Shown here in pieces: positions 1 through 12,937 of a DNA stretch of 64,000 nt. The DNA comes from Octopus sinensis (lineage: Eukaryota). The position numbers were made by a program, and so were the translations under genes. Under the pieces are notes generated by a model. The model saw only the letters and a list, made by a program, of their open reading frames with translations, made no database searches and was not told the origin of the DNA. The DNA lies in assembly GCF_006345805.1 (NCBI RefSeq), contig NC_043006.1, positions 89,342,001 through 89,406,000 on the forward strand. Direction: 5' to 3'. The stretch's first letter is position 1. Each line of letters begins with the position of its first letter.

Positions 1-480
1 AAAATGGAATGATTAAATTAAAAGATAACCTACCCACCACCACGAAAAAAAAATCACATAAAATAATGGAAGAAAAGTCACAAGAAATGAGAAACCTGCT
101 TCAACTAATTGCTGCAAGCAGAAAATACATTTAAAACTATACCAGGAACATGCTGACTATTAAGAGAAATAAGGTGAAATAAATTCAGATATACAAACAG
201 AAACTCCAGCAGCTACACATTGCTCTTACCTTACTATTTCTCGGTTGAACTTCACTGCTTTTGTTTTATTTTTTTTCCTTTTATTAGATTTCTAAAATTT
301 TATCTTTTAACTGTTTTTGCTACTGGACTGTGGCCATGCAAAGGCATTGCTTTGAACTGTTTAGATGAAAAAACTGCCCCCTGGTGTTTATTTTCTTATT
401 TTATCAGTCTTTTTTGCCAAATCACTAAGTTATGGAGGTATAAACAAACCATTACCAATTGCCAAGTGGTGGTGAAGAGA

Positions 481-519
<39 letters not shown>

Positions 520-3500
520 AGGAAGGGTATCTGGGTTTAGAGACCATTCTGCCAATACAGACAGCAGAGCTTAAAGGACTTCTGATTTGTCAGTTCCTGT
601 CCTACCGATGCTAACATGGGAAACAGACATTAAATGATGATGATGACAACTCTTTTCCAAGATGCTGTGCAGTGGAACTGTACATGAAACCATATGGAAG
701 CAAAGCAAACGTTTTAACCACAGCCAGGACTGTGTCAGAAGTAAGCAGATATTTGGAACATAAATTAAAATAAATTGACATAAAATTTTAATTGAAGGTT
801 TTTAATTTAGATCCCTTTAAAGAAGAAGTTGATAGAATAGAACCAGGAGCAGTGTCAGGTGGATTGATATCAAAAGACTTTTTGAAAAGCTTTTTTGTTT
901 GTTGTTGGTAGGTGAGTAAAAGAAGTACACGGTTGAGTACTCTTCTCTGTCTTTAGTAGGTATCTCAGGGTCATGAGCATTTCAAGCCTTAACCTGAATG
1001 TTTCACCTGAGTGGCACACAGGCAAAGAGGAAAGGACTTTTCCTGTAGAAGGGCTCCATCTGGGGTCTTCTTGTCAATTACAATCATTCTCAGCAGATTC
1101 TGTTGCCATGGCCATCTCTATAGTGGTCTTATTTGGTTGTTTGGGTTCCAAACTAATCTTTGGGAAACCAAACAAAATATATAAACTAGCAAAAATGAAG
1201 ACCAGAGAAATGTTTCATTGTTTCTATGACAGATCTCATAGTCAATGACACTTGGGTATGGATTCAGTAATGTGAAGTTTCTGTTGTCACTGGGCTTGCT
1301 TAGCCTAGGGCTAATCCTGATCAAGCAGATCTATAATCAAAAACATTCCAGATATGATCATCCCATCTGTGTCAGTGTTCATCTGGGATGAGTTGAGTCA
1401 GCTGCAATCAATGAATGCAGGCCATTATGAACAGAAGCTGACCATACTTGCTGACCATAGAGACACTTCAACATGAAGATTATCAAACAATTGGGATCTG
1501 ATTAGCAGACATTCCATATACACAACATTCTGTATGCAACAACAACCTTTGCGTAACATCCTGTTATGCAATATCAGGTCACACTGGTACAGTGCCTCAT
1601 GTTGCAATCTCGGTTGACTGACACTCTCCAAATTGGACATTTGTTATCGCTAAGTATGTTTGGTTTCTGTGTATGATACGAGGGATTCACTTGTTCGTGC
1701 TGGTTTAATTCATCCACCCACATAAATGCTTCTTCTATATGTGAGAGGCTCACTGAGGACTACATAAGCTAATGTATCCTTCCTCTTCTTAAGACAGGAA
1801 ACAACGATTTGAGAGACATTTGACTGCTATTTCTGGTAGGTCACACGGCCATATGGAGCAGTATCATAATTTTGAAAAAGTCACGAAAACAGATAACAAC
1901 AGGAGACAATCTTCAAATAACTTGGCTAATTGCTTCTTATTCTAGTGCATTTAGCCTACTGAACATTGTGCGAGAACATCTCCATGAAGCCCCCTATAGA
2001 AGACACTCACTGTGACACACTCTTTATAAATGTTACCTATTAGTTATTCTCTCTTAGATATTTCTTGTGATAAGCTCTCTCGGAGACAGTCTTTATGTAT
2101 CGTTCTCTTTGAGACATAACATATGAAACATTCAATGTGAGACAATTATTGATGACACAGTTTTTGTCATTCTTTATGAATTATTCCCCCTTAATCTGCC
2201 TGACAGTACTTAGAAAGACACTCTCTAGGTTACATATAAGACAATCTCTACAAATCATCATATATAAGACATTCTCTGAGAGGTTCCATATGTGGTGTTT
2301 CTTAAGATATTACATATGGGACAGTGCTTATAAACCTTCTTCTTTGAGGCATTACTTACGACACATTTACTGTTTCCAGAAACATTTTCTATGAGATGCC
2401 CTCTATGAATCATTACACAAGACACAAACCCTGTGTGACAAAACATACACAATGCTTGTGTCTGATGCATCAATTATAGAAGGATTGTCTTTGAGGTGTT
2501 ATTTGTAAGACAGTTTCGTGAGTCATTACATAAGAGAAACACTAATAGATATTACATAATAATAACTTCCATGACACACTATTTATGAGACACTATTTAT
2601 TTTAATCTTTTAATCAAAGTGACAAAACAGTACCCATGTCCATTTTCTAGGGCCCTTGAGACCAGTGGGAGGAAGGGAGCAAGTTAACCTAAAACCAGAC
2701 ACCTGACCTGAATGCTTGTAATCAAATGAAATTCATTAATGGCACCCAAGGAACAAGTGGTGGTGTGAAACCAGGTAATGGATTAACCCTACCACCCAAG
2801 TCAGCCTTGGCTGGATTTGAACTTAGAATTTAAAGAGTCAGATCATATACTATTCAGAGCTAAGTCTGTTTAAGGTATCCAATGTGCTTGGTGGTTGTAT
2901 TGAACAGGGTAATGACTATGCTGTTCAGAGTAGGATTTGAACTCAGAACACAAAGTGCTGGAACAAATATGAGACACTCTCTATTGCTTATAGCAAATGC
3001 CTATCATAAAAAAAATTTCATTATTTAAGAGACAAGTTAATGAAATGATTTTTAATTAGAAATTTACTTCAAAACCTCATATAGACTTTGAAGTTTTAGC
3101 AGTTGGTGAATTTTGGAATTAATCTGGGAATTAAGTACTGACTTTGATTGGGACATGCAAAGAGGTGGATTATTGGATTTGAGAGAATAAATATCCATGG
3201 TTTGTAATTAATGATTGTCAAAGCATAGACAGGTAATTAATGAGCATGAGAAATCAAAGGCTGGTAATTAATGAGTACTAAATCGTGAACTAGTAACTAA
3301 TGAGTGTGAAATTAGGTGATGAACAACAAAAGCTTCAAGGAAATTGATTAAGGCATATTTAGAAGAATTATAATTCAAGGAAAAGTGAAAGATTGAACAA
3401 CACGAAGAGGGCTAACTTGGCAGACTCTGAGAGAAGCTCTCAATTTCTGCAGAAAACACACTTATGATAATGAAATGTCTAGACTGTAATTCTTCTTCTT

Positions 3501-3651
3501 CACTAAATACATGGAATAATAGAATTCCAAACATCTTGTGTAAACAGTAAAGTGTGCTTTGAGTGACTGTAAAGTCTTCAGTATTGTTCTAAGAATAGGG
3601 CCATTATGTAGAGATAAAATGACGGAATGGATTAAGAATTGCATAGATAAC

Positions 3652-4507
3652 TATGAGATGGCGATCAAAAGCTTCCCAGACCAGTTATGTTTAATAAAAA
3701 ATAACTTATTTACTTCAGTTTTAACATCATCTCCTTTGAAATAGTCTCCTTGAGCAGCAATACACTGGTCCCAGTGTTCTTGCCACTTTTAGTTTCCAGC
3801 CTGAAAGTCGTTTTCCAGAAGTGAGTTGCGAACCTTCTGCAATTCACTCTGGATCTCAACAATGGTGTCAAAATGGTGACCTCTGAGTTGCATTTTTATC
3901 TTGGGGAACAGGTGAAAGACTGCAGGTGCTAAATCTGGTGACTAGAGCAGGTGCAGAAGTAATACCATGTTGTTTTGGTGAGAAACTTACAAATAAGGAG
4001 AGCTTGGTGACAAGGTGCATTTCGTTGCTTTCACTGAATGTTTTCCCACAAATGTTTTCAAAAGTCACAGTAGAACTTTTGATTGATGGTCAGGCCCTGG
4101 TGGATGAATTCTTGATGCACATGGGTGATGCTCACAGCAGATGGCTCATCACCTTCCAGGGTTGTTCTTCCACTTTTGAAGTGCCCATGCCACTCAAAAC
4201 ATTGTATACGACCCATTGCCATAAGCTTAATAAAGCATGCTCAATGTCTCTGTAGCAGACTTCCCAAGTTTATTACAAAATTTTACGTTGGATCTTTGTT
4301 CCTGTTCATGACAAAATTGCAAACTACAGCAGACACATGTGATTACAAAGACACAAATTTCACAACTTGTGAAGTAAACACAGCAATATCACTTGGCACA
4401 CTGCTTAATGAAGGTCACTGCTAATTCTCACTGTGCCTGCAACTGTGTGCTGCCATCTGTTGGCATGCCACAGAACTAGTCCAGGAACTTTTTGATACCA
4501 CCTCGTA
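3652..4507 (-). mobile_element. Degenerate, internally deleted mariner (Tc1/mariner) transposon
   Basis: Diverged TIRs: TATGAGATGGCGATCAAAAGCTTCCCAGACCAG at the left and CTAGTCCAGGAACTTTTTGATACCACCTCGTA at the right. Minus-strand remnant of the mariner C-terminus (ENDFQAG..KWQEHWDQCIAAQGDYF). Same family as 36844-38109. Confidence 0.8.
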
Positions 4508-6809
4508 ATATGTTAGTTTTGAGTTCAAATCCAGTAATAATAGATCTGACACTTGTTTTTCATCCAAGAATGAGGATAAGTAGAAGTTGTTATCAGCTTG
4601 GTTGCAAGATTTATTTTGTCTGGACAATCCATTCTATATGCTTCATCTCAAGGGAATGTTTGGGGGAGGCAGTGGAGTTGTTTCACATCATTATTCAAAT
4701 GTTAAGAGAAGGCATTGTGTATCAAATCTGTCATTTCAAATTCACAGATACCCTGACCACAGCTAGAAGTACTTGTTCTGCTTCTGTGTAATGTGATCAA
4801 AGCTTTTTTTGGTCTTAGGTGTATGGAATAGTCCTTGATTGTTTTTGAAAATGGTACTTACTGGTAACCTATTTGAGAACATTCTTTTAATGTGGAAACT
4901 CACTCATCGTCCCATAAATAATTGCTGGTAATGAGGAAGTTTCTACATGGTTGCTTAACTTTCCAGAAATAGCAGCCAAATTTTTTGAAATTCTTTTTAA
5001 AATAGACACATTGGATAAAAGACTGATAGTCTGACTAAAAGACAAAACAGTCAAAGCTGAAGTGTCTTTGACTAGGTTATGTGACATTTTGGAACAGCTG
5101 TTTTGGTGCCCCTAATTTGGCATAACCGATCTAGTGCTGATTTATTTGACATTAGACATTTTAATATCTCTCTTGTTTTGATCTCTCTCTCTTTCTCTCC
5201 CTATGTTTATGTGTGAAAGCATCTAATTATGTTTGTATGTGTACTATCTCTCTTTCCCCCCTCTCTGCCTCTTTCTATCTCTCTCACTCACTCTCTATCT
5301 GTATATGTATATTTCTCTGTATCTATGTGTGCGTTTGCCTCCAGTGCCAAAATAGGCTGAATGTCCAGTCAGCCAAGCCAAATGATCATTGTCCAGAGAG
5401 TTGAGCCCATTCATTTCATCTTGCTTTGACAATAGCACTCTGATCAGAACTAATTTGATACTAAACAACAAAAACAACAGCAACAACAACAAATAATATC
5501 ATATTAAAGTCAATTTCACTGTCTTTACCTCTTCTCTATAAAGAAATGGCTTTGCGCTTAAGGAAGGAATCAACACTAGTCATGGAGTACATTGAGAAAT
5601 GAAATCTTATAAGTCCTGTGTGGTGCATTATGCTACAGGGCGTCTATATTTTTAACATTATAGCCATTAGTCTCATTTTAGAGAGTTTCAAAAACATAGA
5701 TGCTTTGCAAAAAATTTTGAAAAGCTTATTTGGTAGCAAAACACACAAATCCCATTTTTCTGCAATGGCAACCTTAATTAATTTGTAAACAAAAAATATT
5801 GGATTAATTAATATTGTCATGTTTGTGTTACATATTAGATAATGTTAGTTATGGTAAGATAAGAGACCTCTGTGTGGTCACTTAATCTGTGGGACATAGT
5901 AGCCTAAATCTCCCTCAAAACATACTCTACTCCCTTTAGAAAAAGAAAAGGATGCACAGATTGGACAAAGCAGTCATGAAAGGAACATTTTTGTACATAG
6001 ACCTGCTAAGCCATTGCTGATAGGGATTTAACAACAACAACAATACCACCACCACCACCACTGCCACTGCTGCCACCACTGCCACCACCACCACCGCCAC
6101 CACCACCACTGTCAACAACAACAACAAGTAGTAGTAGTAGTAAGAGCAAAATAGGTAAATCAGTTGCTAAGGAAACAGCAGAATTGTCAGAACATTCTTT
6201 GTAGTATTTTGATAATGACCGTCAGTTGTGCATTCAAATCCAACCAAAATCAACATTGTTTTTTCACCTTTTATAAAAAATATACTAGCAGTCATACACT
6301 GGGGCAGATTTACCCTACTATAACCTTCCTTAATTGTGTGGTCTAGTGTTAATTATAGGAATCAATATAAAACCTCTTGCACTGTTACTCAACATATTAG
6401 AAATGACAACCAAATCTTCCTCAAATTAAGCCCCGTCCCTGGTTGCTACCACCGCCGCTGCCACCACCACCACCACTATTTTATGTCTGTTTTCAATAGT
6501 GACACACATAAGGTAGCTATTTTAAGGTCCCATTGGATAATGTGGTCCTCTACATCAATATGATCATTGTTCTTTTAATGTCCATTTTTTCATGTTTGCA
6601 TGGACCAGATGGAGTTTGTTCATGCAGATTTTCTATGACCTTTTCAGTTGCCCACCCTTACATGTTTCCAAGCAAGGTAATATTTCTCCATGGCCAGATA
6701 TGTTTTCACAGAAGATTGGAAATGAATGATAGTAGCACTTATTTACAACTATCTTGTGATACCAAGGCAAAGTAACACAAATACACGCACACATTTATAC
6801 ACATGCAAT

Positions 6810-6962
6810 GGTCTTCTTTCAGTTTTTGTCTACCGAAGCCACTTGCAAGGCTTTGGTCAACCTGAGACTATAGTAGAAGACATTGGCCCAAAGTACCATG
6901 GAGTGGGACTGAACTCAACCCATTGATTGGGAAGTAAACTTCTTAACCACACAGCCATGCCT
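6810..6962 (-). mobile_element. tRNA-derived SINE head, degenerate copy
   Basis: Aligns by eye with the cleaner copy at 58985-59140 (GGCTTTGGT...CTATAGTAGAAGACA...GTGGGACTGAAC...ACCACACAGCCA). Confidence 0.7.
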
Positions 6963-9900
6963 GAACCTACGCACACTGTATGCAAACAGGAGAAGGGATG
7001 GTCAAGGCTAGAATGCCTTTGATTATGGGTTTTCCTGATCAGTCCTGGGCTAAGCTGGGATTAAACAACCACAGTAAATCCCTTTAAAGGCTACTACTAC
7101 ATACTGGAAATGCTATTTTGCTCTGTATAAATACTGAAGGAATTAATATGAAATTAGTGAGTGATAGATTCTTCAGAATCCACAAAAACTTCACATGTAA
7201 GTAAAGACTTGGCCATTTCTGATTACATTTTTAAAGAAATATCCATGAGTCTCATTGATTTTGGTAGTGATGATCACTGAAGTGTGCAGACAGCGATGCT
7301 TATCTTATTAGATTAGTGATAATTATCTTGTTAGGCAGGCTGGTTTAGCTATGGTTAACTGATTACATAGGATTGTTTCGTGATGGTTAACTAATTAGGT
7401 GGGCTTGAGATAATCTTCAGAGAAGACAAGCTAGTGGTCAGCATCAGCATAAATTTGTTCGGTAATATAAACAGAAGATTTAGATATTAGTGTACCATGA
7501 ACAGAAGCAATACACACTAAATATTTTAGCTCATACTGCTCTTTGTCAGAGAAGAAATTAAAAAGGAAAAAAGAAAACACATTTGTTATATTGTACAGTT
7601 TGAACATGACTACACACAAAATCCATTAAAACAAAATGAAATGAAATCTGACAAAGAGGATTTATATTCTGAGCAATGTGTAATCAAGGAGACCTATATC
7701 TAAGAAAGAAAGAAAAAGGAGAAGAATTGGGATTCAGTAAAGAAATGGAATAATGTAAATCAGAGGATTGTTGATTAAAAATCCTAGAGATTATGCACAA
7801 TGGCAAAGGTATGTCAGTGTAATAAAGAAGCTGTAAATTGAATAGAGTTTAATTATGTTGTAGTATAGCTTCAGATCAACTTTAATTGAACAGACCTATG
7901 ATGAAAGGTATTCCAACTGAATTCTTTTGACTTTAGCTACAGGACTCAGCTGGTTCTCTCACATCTCTCTCTCATTCATTTCCCTCAAGCTCCCTCACCA
8001 TCTGGAGATATATGCTTAAAGGAGCTCATATACTCTCCCTATACTTCTTACTGGCCCTTTGACGTCAATATTCCTCATTCACTAACATCACCATCTAGCC
8101 AGCTCTTGCTGTCCGTCACTTCTTTACTCCTGTCTTCTCTAGTGTCACCATCACGTGTATTCAGTATAGTGAGGAGCCTTTAGTTGTGTTTGCCCTGTCA
8201 AGGGTATAACAACATCTCTAGAGTGAGTGCCATGGACACCCAGTATGTTGTGAAGTGATTGGTGTTATGAAGGGCATCTGAGCCATAGATATCAATCCAA
8301 AAATGAAATTTGCAAGCAATATATGGCCATCTGACCCATCTGGAACACTGGGAATGATCTGTTAAACCCATGTCAGCATCGAAAGCAAATGTAAAACACT
8401 AATGATGATGATGTATATTTAGGACTGTAATATCAAGTGTGGCCCTTCTCTCATAAGATGGCAGAATGTGATTTGGAGGTGTATAGCTATCTGAGTGACT
8501 GCAAAGAGGCTTGTTGTTGGCTTGAAGTAAACTGCATGAGTATAGATGTGTGGCAAGTGATGTCTGAGGAACCTCCTTGCAATGAAAGCATCTAATTCTG
8601 ATTTTGTACTGAAATCCTTTCATATTATTTCAGCCATAAATATTTTTGAGAAAGATTTATTAAGTACTTATTTTAATTAGTTTGACAGTCAATTATATAA
8701 TGCTCTCATGGGTTACATCTGAACTGCACACCCTCTAAAGTACCTGTGACACACACACACACACACAAAATCATCATCATTATTACTTAATGTTTATGTT
8801 CTGTGCTGGGATGAGTTGGGCAGTTTGACAAGGATATAATGAGTCAAAGGATTTACATCATGCTCAAATGTCTCTTGGAATGGTTTCTACAGCTGAATAC
8901 CCTTTCTAACACCAGCCACTTTACAGTACATACTGGGTGCTATTTTTTTTATCACTGGCACTACTGGCATCACCATGTACCTTGCAAGTCAACAAACTCG
9001 GAGAGGTGGGGTGCTGTATGTTGGATGGATTTTAAGAAAAAAATGGAAGAAGTTGGGGTGGAACAAGTTCTTGTAGAAGAGCAACATGGGTACTCACACT
9101 TAAAGAGAGAGAAAGAAAGAGAAAGAAAATTAGGGGTATCTCCAAGGATGAAGTGTCCAGATGGCACCTCAGATAGCAGGAGCAGCAACTGGTTAGCAGT
9201 GGGTGTCAACAAGAGTGTATAGGGGAATATTTAGGGGAGGTAGGCAACATCTGTAAAAATTGGGGAAACACACTATAAATGTGTATTTGTGTGTGCAGTG
9301 AAAGAGAGAGAGAAATGAGAGTGACAGAGAAGAATATAAAAAACAAAAATCCTTTGTCCTGATATTTTCTTCGTGAAAGTTCAGCTTTTTTTGCGGGGGG
9401 GATGAAATCCAATGACAATTAATCTTGAAAGCAATCAAGAATTTCGAAGGTTATGTCATAAAATAACTTTTTCATTATTAGGCTGGAGTTTGGAAAAATA
9501 ACTGAATAAAGAGGTTCTTACATATAGCTACAATGACAGGTTTTAATTTAAATATGAATGCTTTAAAATTAGAGCTTCACAACAATAAAATCAAAGGCAG
9601 TCTCAAATGGTTAGCATTAAAAGAGTGAGAGAAAACTTCTTGCTTTCAGACATTCCTCTCTCACAGACTGATATAACTAAGGAAACTGATTTTTATGCAG
9701 AAATTTGGTAAAGTTTGGCAATGTTAAACAGGTTTTTAAAATTTTTTTCTTTTTTCCTTTTGTTTTATTAATAGAAATTTTCCCAGAATCTGTAATTATT
9801 CAACAAAGATAACAACTCTGGAAAAATTCAGAATTGTTGTACAGGAATGAAAATTCATGGATGATAGAAAATAGAGAAAATATTCTAAGGAAGAAAGCGG

Positions 9901-10094
9901 GGGAAAATATATAGGATAATATAGAAATGTAAGTAAAATAAATAATATACTGAGTTGTGTTGTTCATGTATATGAGATAGAGTCTGCACTTGTATAGTAT
10001 GTGATAGATGTATAAATAGGCAGAAACTAGGTTTATGCATATATATACATACACAGACACATACATAATGCATATATATACAGCCGATGAAAGT

Positions 10095-10352
10095 ACCACC
10101 TGATTGACATCCATGCTAGTGGCACATTAAAAGCACCATTCAAGTGTGATCGTTGCCAGTGTCACCTGGTTCCTGTGCCGGTGGCACGTAAAAAACACCC
10201 ACTGCATTCTCGGAGTGGTTGGCATTAGGAAGGGCATCCAGATGTAGAAACTTTGCCGGATTAGATTGGAGCCTGGTGCAGCCTACTGGCTCGCCAGTCC
10301 TCAATCAAACCATCCAACCCATGCCAGCATGGAAAGCAGATGATAATGATTA
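10095..10352 (+). mobile_element. Short RTE-tail-derived repeat (3' end of the RTE family at 24803-26350)
   Basis: GAGTGGTTGGCATTAGGAAGGGCATCCAG...CATCCAACCCATGCCAGCATGGAAAGCAGA followed by a GAT/AAT tail. It is the reverse complement of 24803-24960. Related degenerate copies lie near 8.3, 8.8, 13.5, 24.2, 33.9, 43.7 and 45.65 kb. Confidence 0.75.
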
Positions 10353-10359
10353 TACATGC

Positions 10360-10406
10360 AGATATAAATGTATACATATATATGCATACATTCATATGTG
10401 TGTATG

Positions 10407-10440
<34 letters not shown>

Positions 10441-10497
10441 TATATACATATGCATATATATATATACATACACACATATGCATATATATATATACAT

Positions 10498-10548
<51 letters not shown>

Positions 10549-10635
10549 TATATACATATGCATATATATATATACATACACACATATGCATATATATATA
10601 TACATACACACATATATATATATATATATATATAA
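10360..10635. repeat. Compound (TA)n/(CA)n microsatellite with an internally duplicated block
   Basis: Direct reading. It explains the cluster of YI/HT/VC low-complexity ORFs. Confidence 0.95.
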
Positions 10636-11587
10636 TTCGTGAGAGGAGGTGGGAAGAAGGGACTGAATATTCTTTAGAAATAAAGATTTATGTTTATTGG
10701 TTTGTTTCTGATGCATAATGTTTTTATATTGTACAAAGATCATTTGAAATTTAAAATGACGTGAAAAAAATTAAAAAAGCAACAAGCTGAAAAAATGGTA
10801 AAAAAGAAAAAAAAAGAAATGAAAGCACCCATCTCTTCCACAGAGTTGAAACTTTGCCAACTTCAATACATATCTCCCAGAGGGAGTAGAGAAGGAAAAA
10901 AGAAGTACAAAAATTATTCCCCAAAAATAATATATAAATACATCAACAACAACAAAAGCAGAGACTAGATCATAAAAAATGTTTTTCTAGTGTTTCATTT
11001 TTATATTGAATTGTTTTCCTCCTGTGTTTGCTCAAGAGATCATCTTAATACAAGAGAATATTTTATTGAATTTAAAAACAGAATGGTTACAGAGTAGCTT
11101 ATTTGAGTATAAAGCAACCACCCACTTACGAATAGACACACACACACACACACACATATATATGTAAATAAAATAAGAATGTGATTTAATATCTTGCAGA
11201 AACACAACACAACTGTTAAACATAAAGTGCCTGATTGGAAAATGATTTACCAAACTCTATTCAAGGACATATTTCTAAACACATTATACATAGCCACCTA
11301 TATAGATACCGAGCGAATCAATCACAAAGGACAGAAACAAGGAATATTCACAGATAATATTATTAGTTTGATACTCAAAGAAGGAGAACAGTTATAAACT
11401 AAAAGTGTAACATTTTGGAGAAAGTACTTGTCCACAGAAAAGAAAAAATGGAGGAAAAGAGATAAAAAAAAAGAGGAGAGAAAGCCAGGAAAAAACGCAC
11501 ATGGGTAACTTGCATGTTTGCTCTCTGACTAACCAGAAGTGTGAGAGGTAATTGTCTTTAGTAGCTGGGGAGTACTTACTGATATTT

Positions 11588-11716
11588 GTATGTGTGTGTG
11601 TGTATGCATGTATGTGGTGTAGTGTGTGTGTGTGTGTATGCATGTATGTGGTGTAGTGTGTGTGTGTGTGTGTATGCATGTATGTGGTGTAGTGTGTGTG
11701 TGTGTATGCATGTGTG
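11588..11716. repeat. ~35-bp minisatellite x3 [(TG)nTATGCATGTATGTGGTGTAG]
   Basis: Three tandem copies read directly. Confidence 0.9.
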
Positions 11717-11899
11717 TTTAGCTAATGTAGTAACAGCTATTGACCCCCAGAAGGATGAAAGTCAAAGTTGAGCACAACAGAAGTTGAACTCAAAATCTAA
11801 GGAGACAGAAGAAATACACAAGGGAATTTTTTCTAATGCTTTAATGGTTCTGCCAACTTGCCACCTTGAATATGGTGTATATTTTTTGTCCTTCTAATG

Positions 11900-12195
11900 T
11901 TAAGTCATGTATCAATAAGCAATGGAGGACTCAAGCCTGCCCTGGCTGCACATGTAGAGACAAATCCAAATGTCCTCTAGGACAGGAGTGCGATATATTT
12001 TCCATTGTTTATGAAGCACAGGTTTCAGTAAAATATGCAAATGGTTGTACAAATGTCAAACATTATAGTGGAGCCATGAAAGGAAAATTTAAATCTAGAT
12101 ATAACAACCATCTTTTGAACTTTAGGTACTATGATAAGAAACATTCAACAATGTTTTCGGCTTGAATCTGGAAACTTAAAGATGAAGGGCAAATA
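11900..12195 (+). pseudogene. Penelope-like (Naiad-like) GIY-YIG endonuclease fragment
   Basis: CTCRDKSKCPLGQEC..IVYEA...HYSG...KFKSRYNNH..F.....ST..SA*IWKLK is colinear with CKCRIKSKCPAPGLC..VIYKC...FYIG...RVRNH..TF...TTLSNKIWELK in the 18441-20357 ORF. There is an in-frame stop. Confidence 0.85.
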
Positions 12196-12585
12196 TCCGT
12201 CAAATGTAAATAATGTAAATAATTTACATAATATAGAACTGAACAACCACAAACAAGAGGGAGTCATTTTAGCGAGCAGAGCAAACAAAAAAGAATTATT
12301 TTAGAGAAAATGAATGAATGAAAGAGGCGATTAAAAACAAGAGAAATTCTTAGCTTAGCTGTGCATATTTTGAGTGTCATCAAACAGCCAATCACATGGA
12401 ATAAACTAACAGAAGTCTGAGAGAGGAGGGGGAGGGAACAGGTGTGGAGGAGACATCCGGAAATGGACAAAGATGGTAGACTTTACCCTAAGGGAGTAAG
12501 AGAAATAGCAGGGAGTAGCCATTGCAACACAGAATAAAAGAGATACAGACAGGGAATAGATTATCTTATTGAATAGTCTGAAATA

Positions 12586-12628
<43 letters not shown>

Positions 12629-12629
<1 letters not shown>

Positions 12630-12937
12630 GGCGCAATGGCCCAGTGGTTATGGAAGTGGACTCACGGTCGTAGGATCGCGGTTTTGATTCCGAGACCAGG
12701 CGTTGTGAGTGTTTATTGAGCAAAAACACCTAAAGCTCCACGAGGCTCCGGCAGAGGGGTGGTGGCGATCCCTGCTGTACTCTTTCGCCACAACTTTCTC
12801 TCACTCTTTCTTCTGTTGGCCTGCTCGCTTAGCCAGTGGGGTGGCGTCATTTGAAGGCTAAAACAATGCGAAGTGCATTGTGACCAGCGATGCATAGCAA
12901 CGTTTGATAGCCTGGCCGGTCACGGTGATCACGGTGA
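12629..12937 (+). mobile_element. tRNA-derived SINE, near full length, inserted in a (TA)n tract
   Basis: Pol III A-box TGGCCCAGTGG and B-box-like GGTTTTGATTCC; a GC-rich island; a CACGGTGAT x2 tail; TA repeats on both sides. Confidence 0.85.

Noticed and set aside
973-1170. Possible exon (minus strand ISLEPKQPNKTTIEMAMATESAENDCN*)
   Set aside because: Short, no recognisable homology and no partner exons. It cannot be supported without transcript data.
3204-3305. CRISPR-like repeat-spacer pattern
   Set aside because: The repeat is only ~11-13 nt, the context is eukaryotic and there are no cas genes. Kept only as a motif cluster.
4887-5087. Possible minus-strand host exon (acceptor and GTGAGT donor present)
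   Set aside because: The interior matches a recurrent repeat fragment (TTTGGCTGCTATTTCT...CCATGTAGA, also near 1820 and 31770), and the peptide has no recognisable domain.
12629-12705. tRNA gene
   Set aside because: It has A/B boxes but continues into a SINE body and tail, and I could not build a clean cloverleaf.
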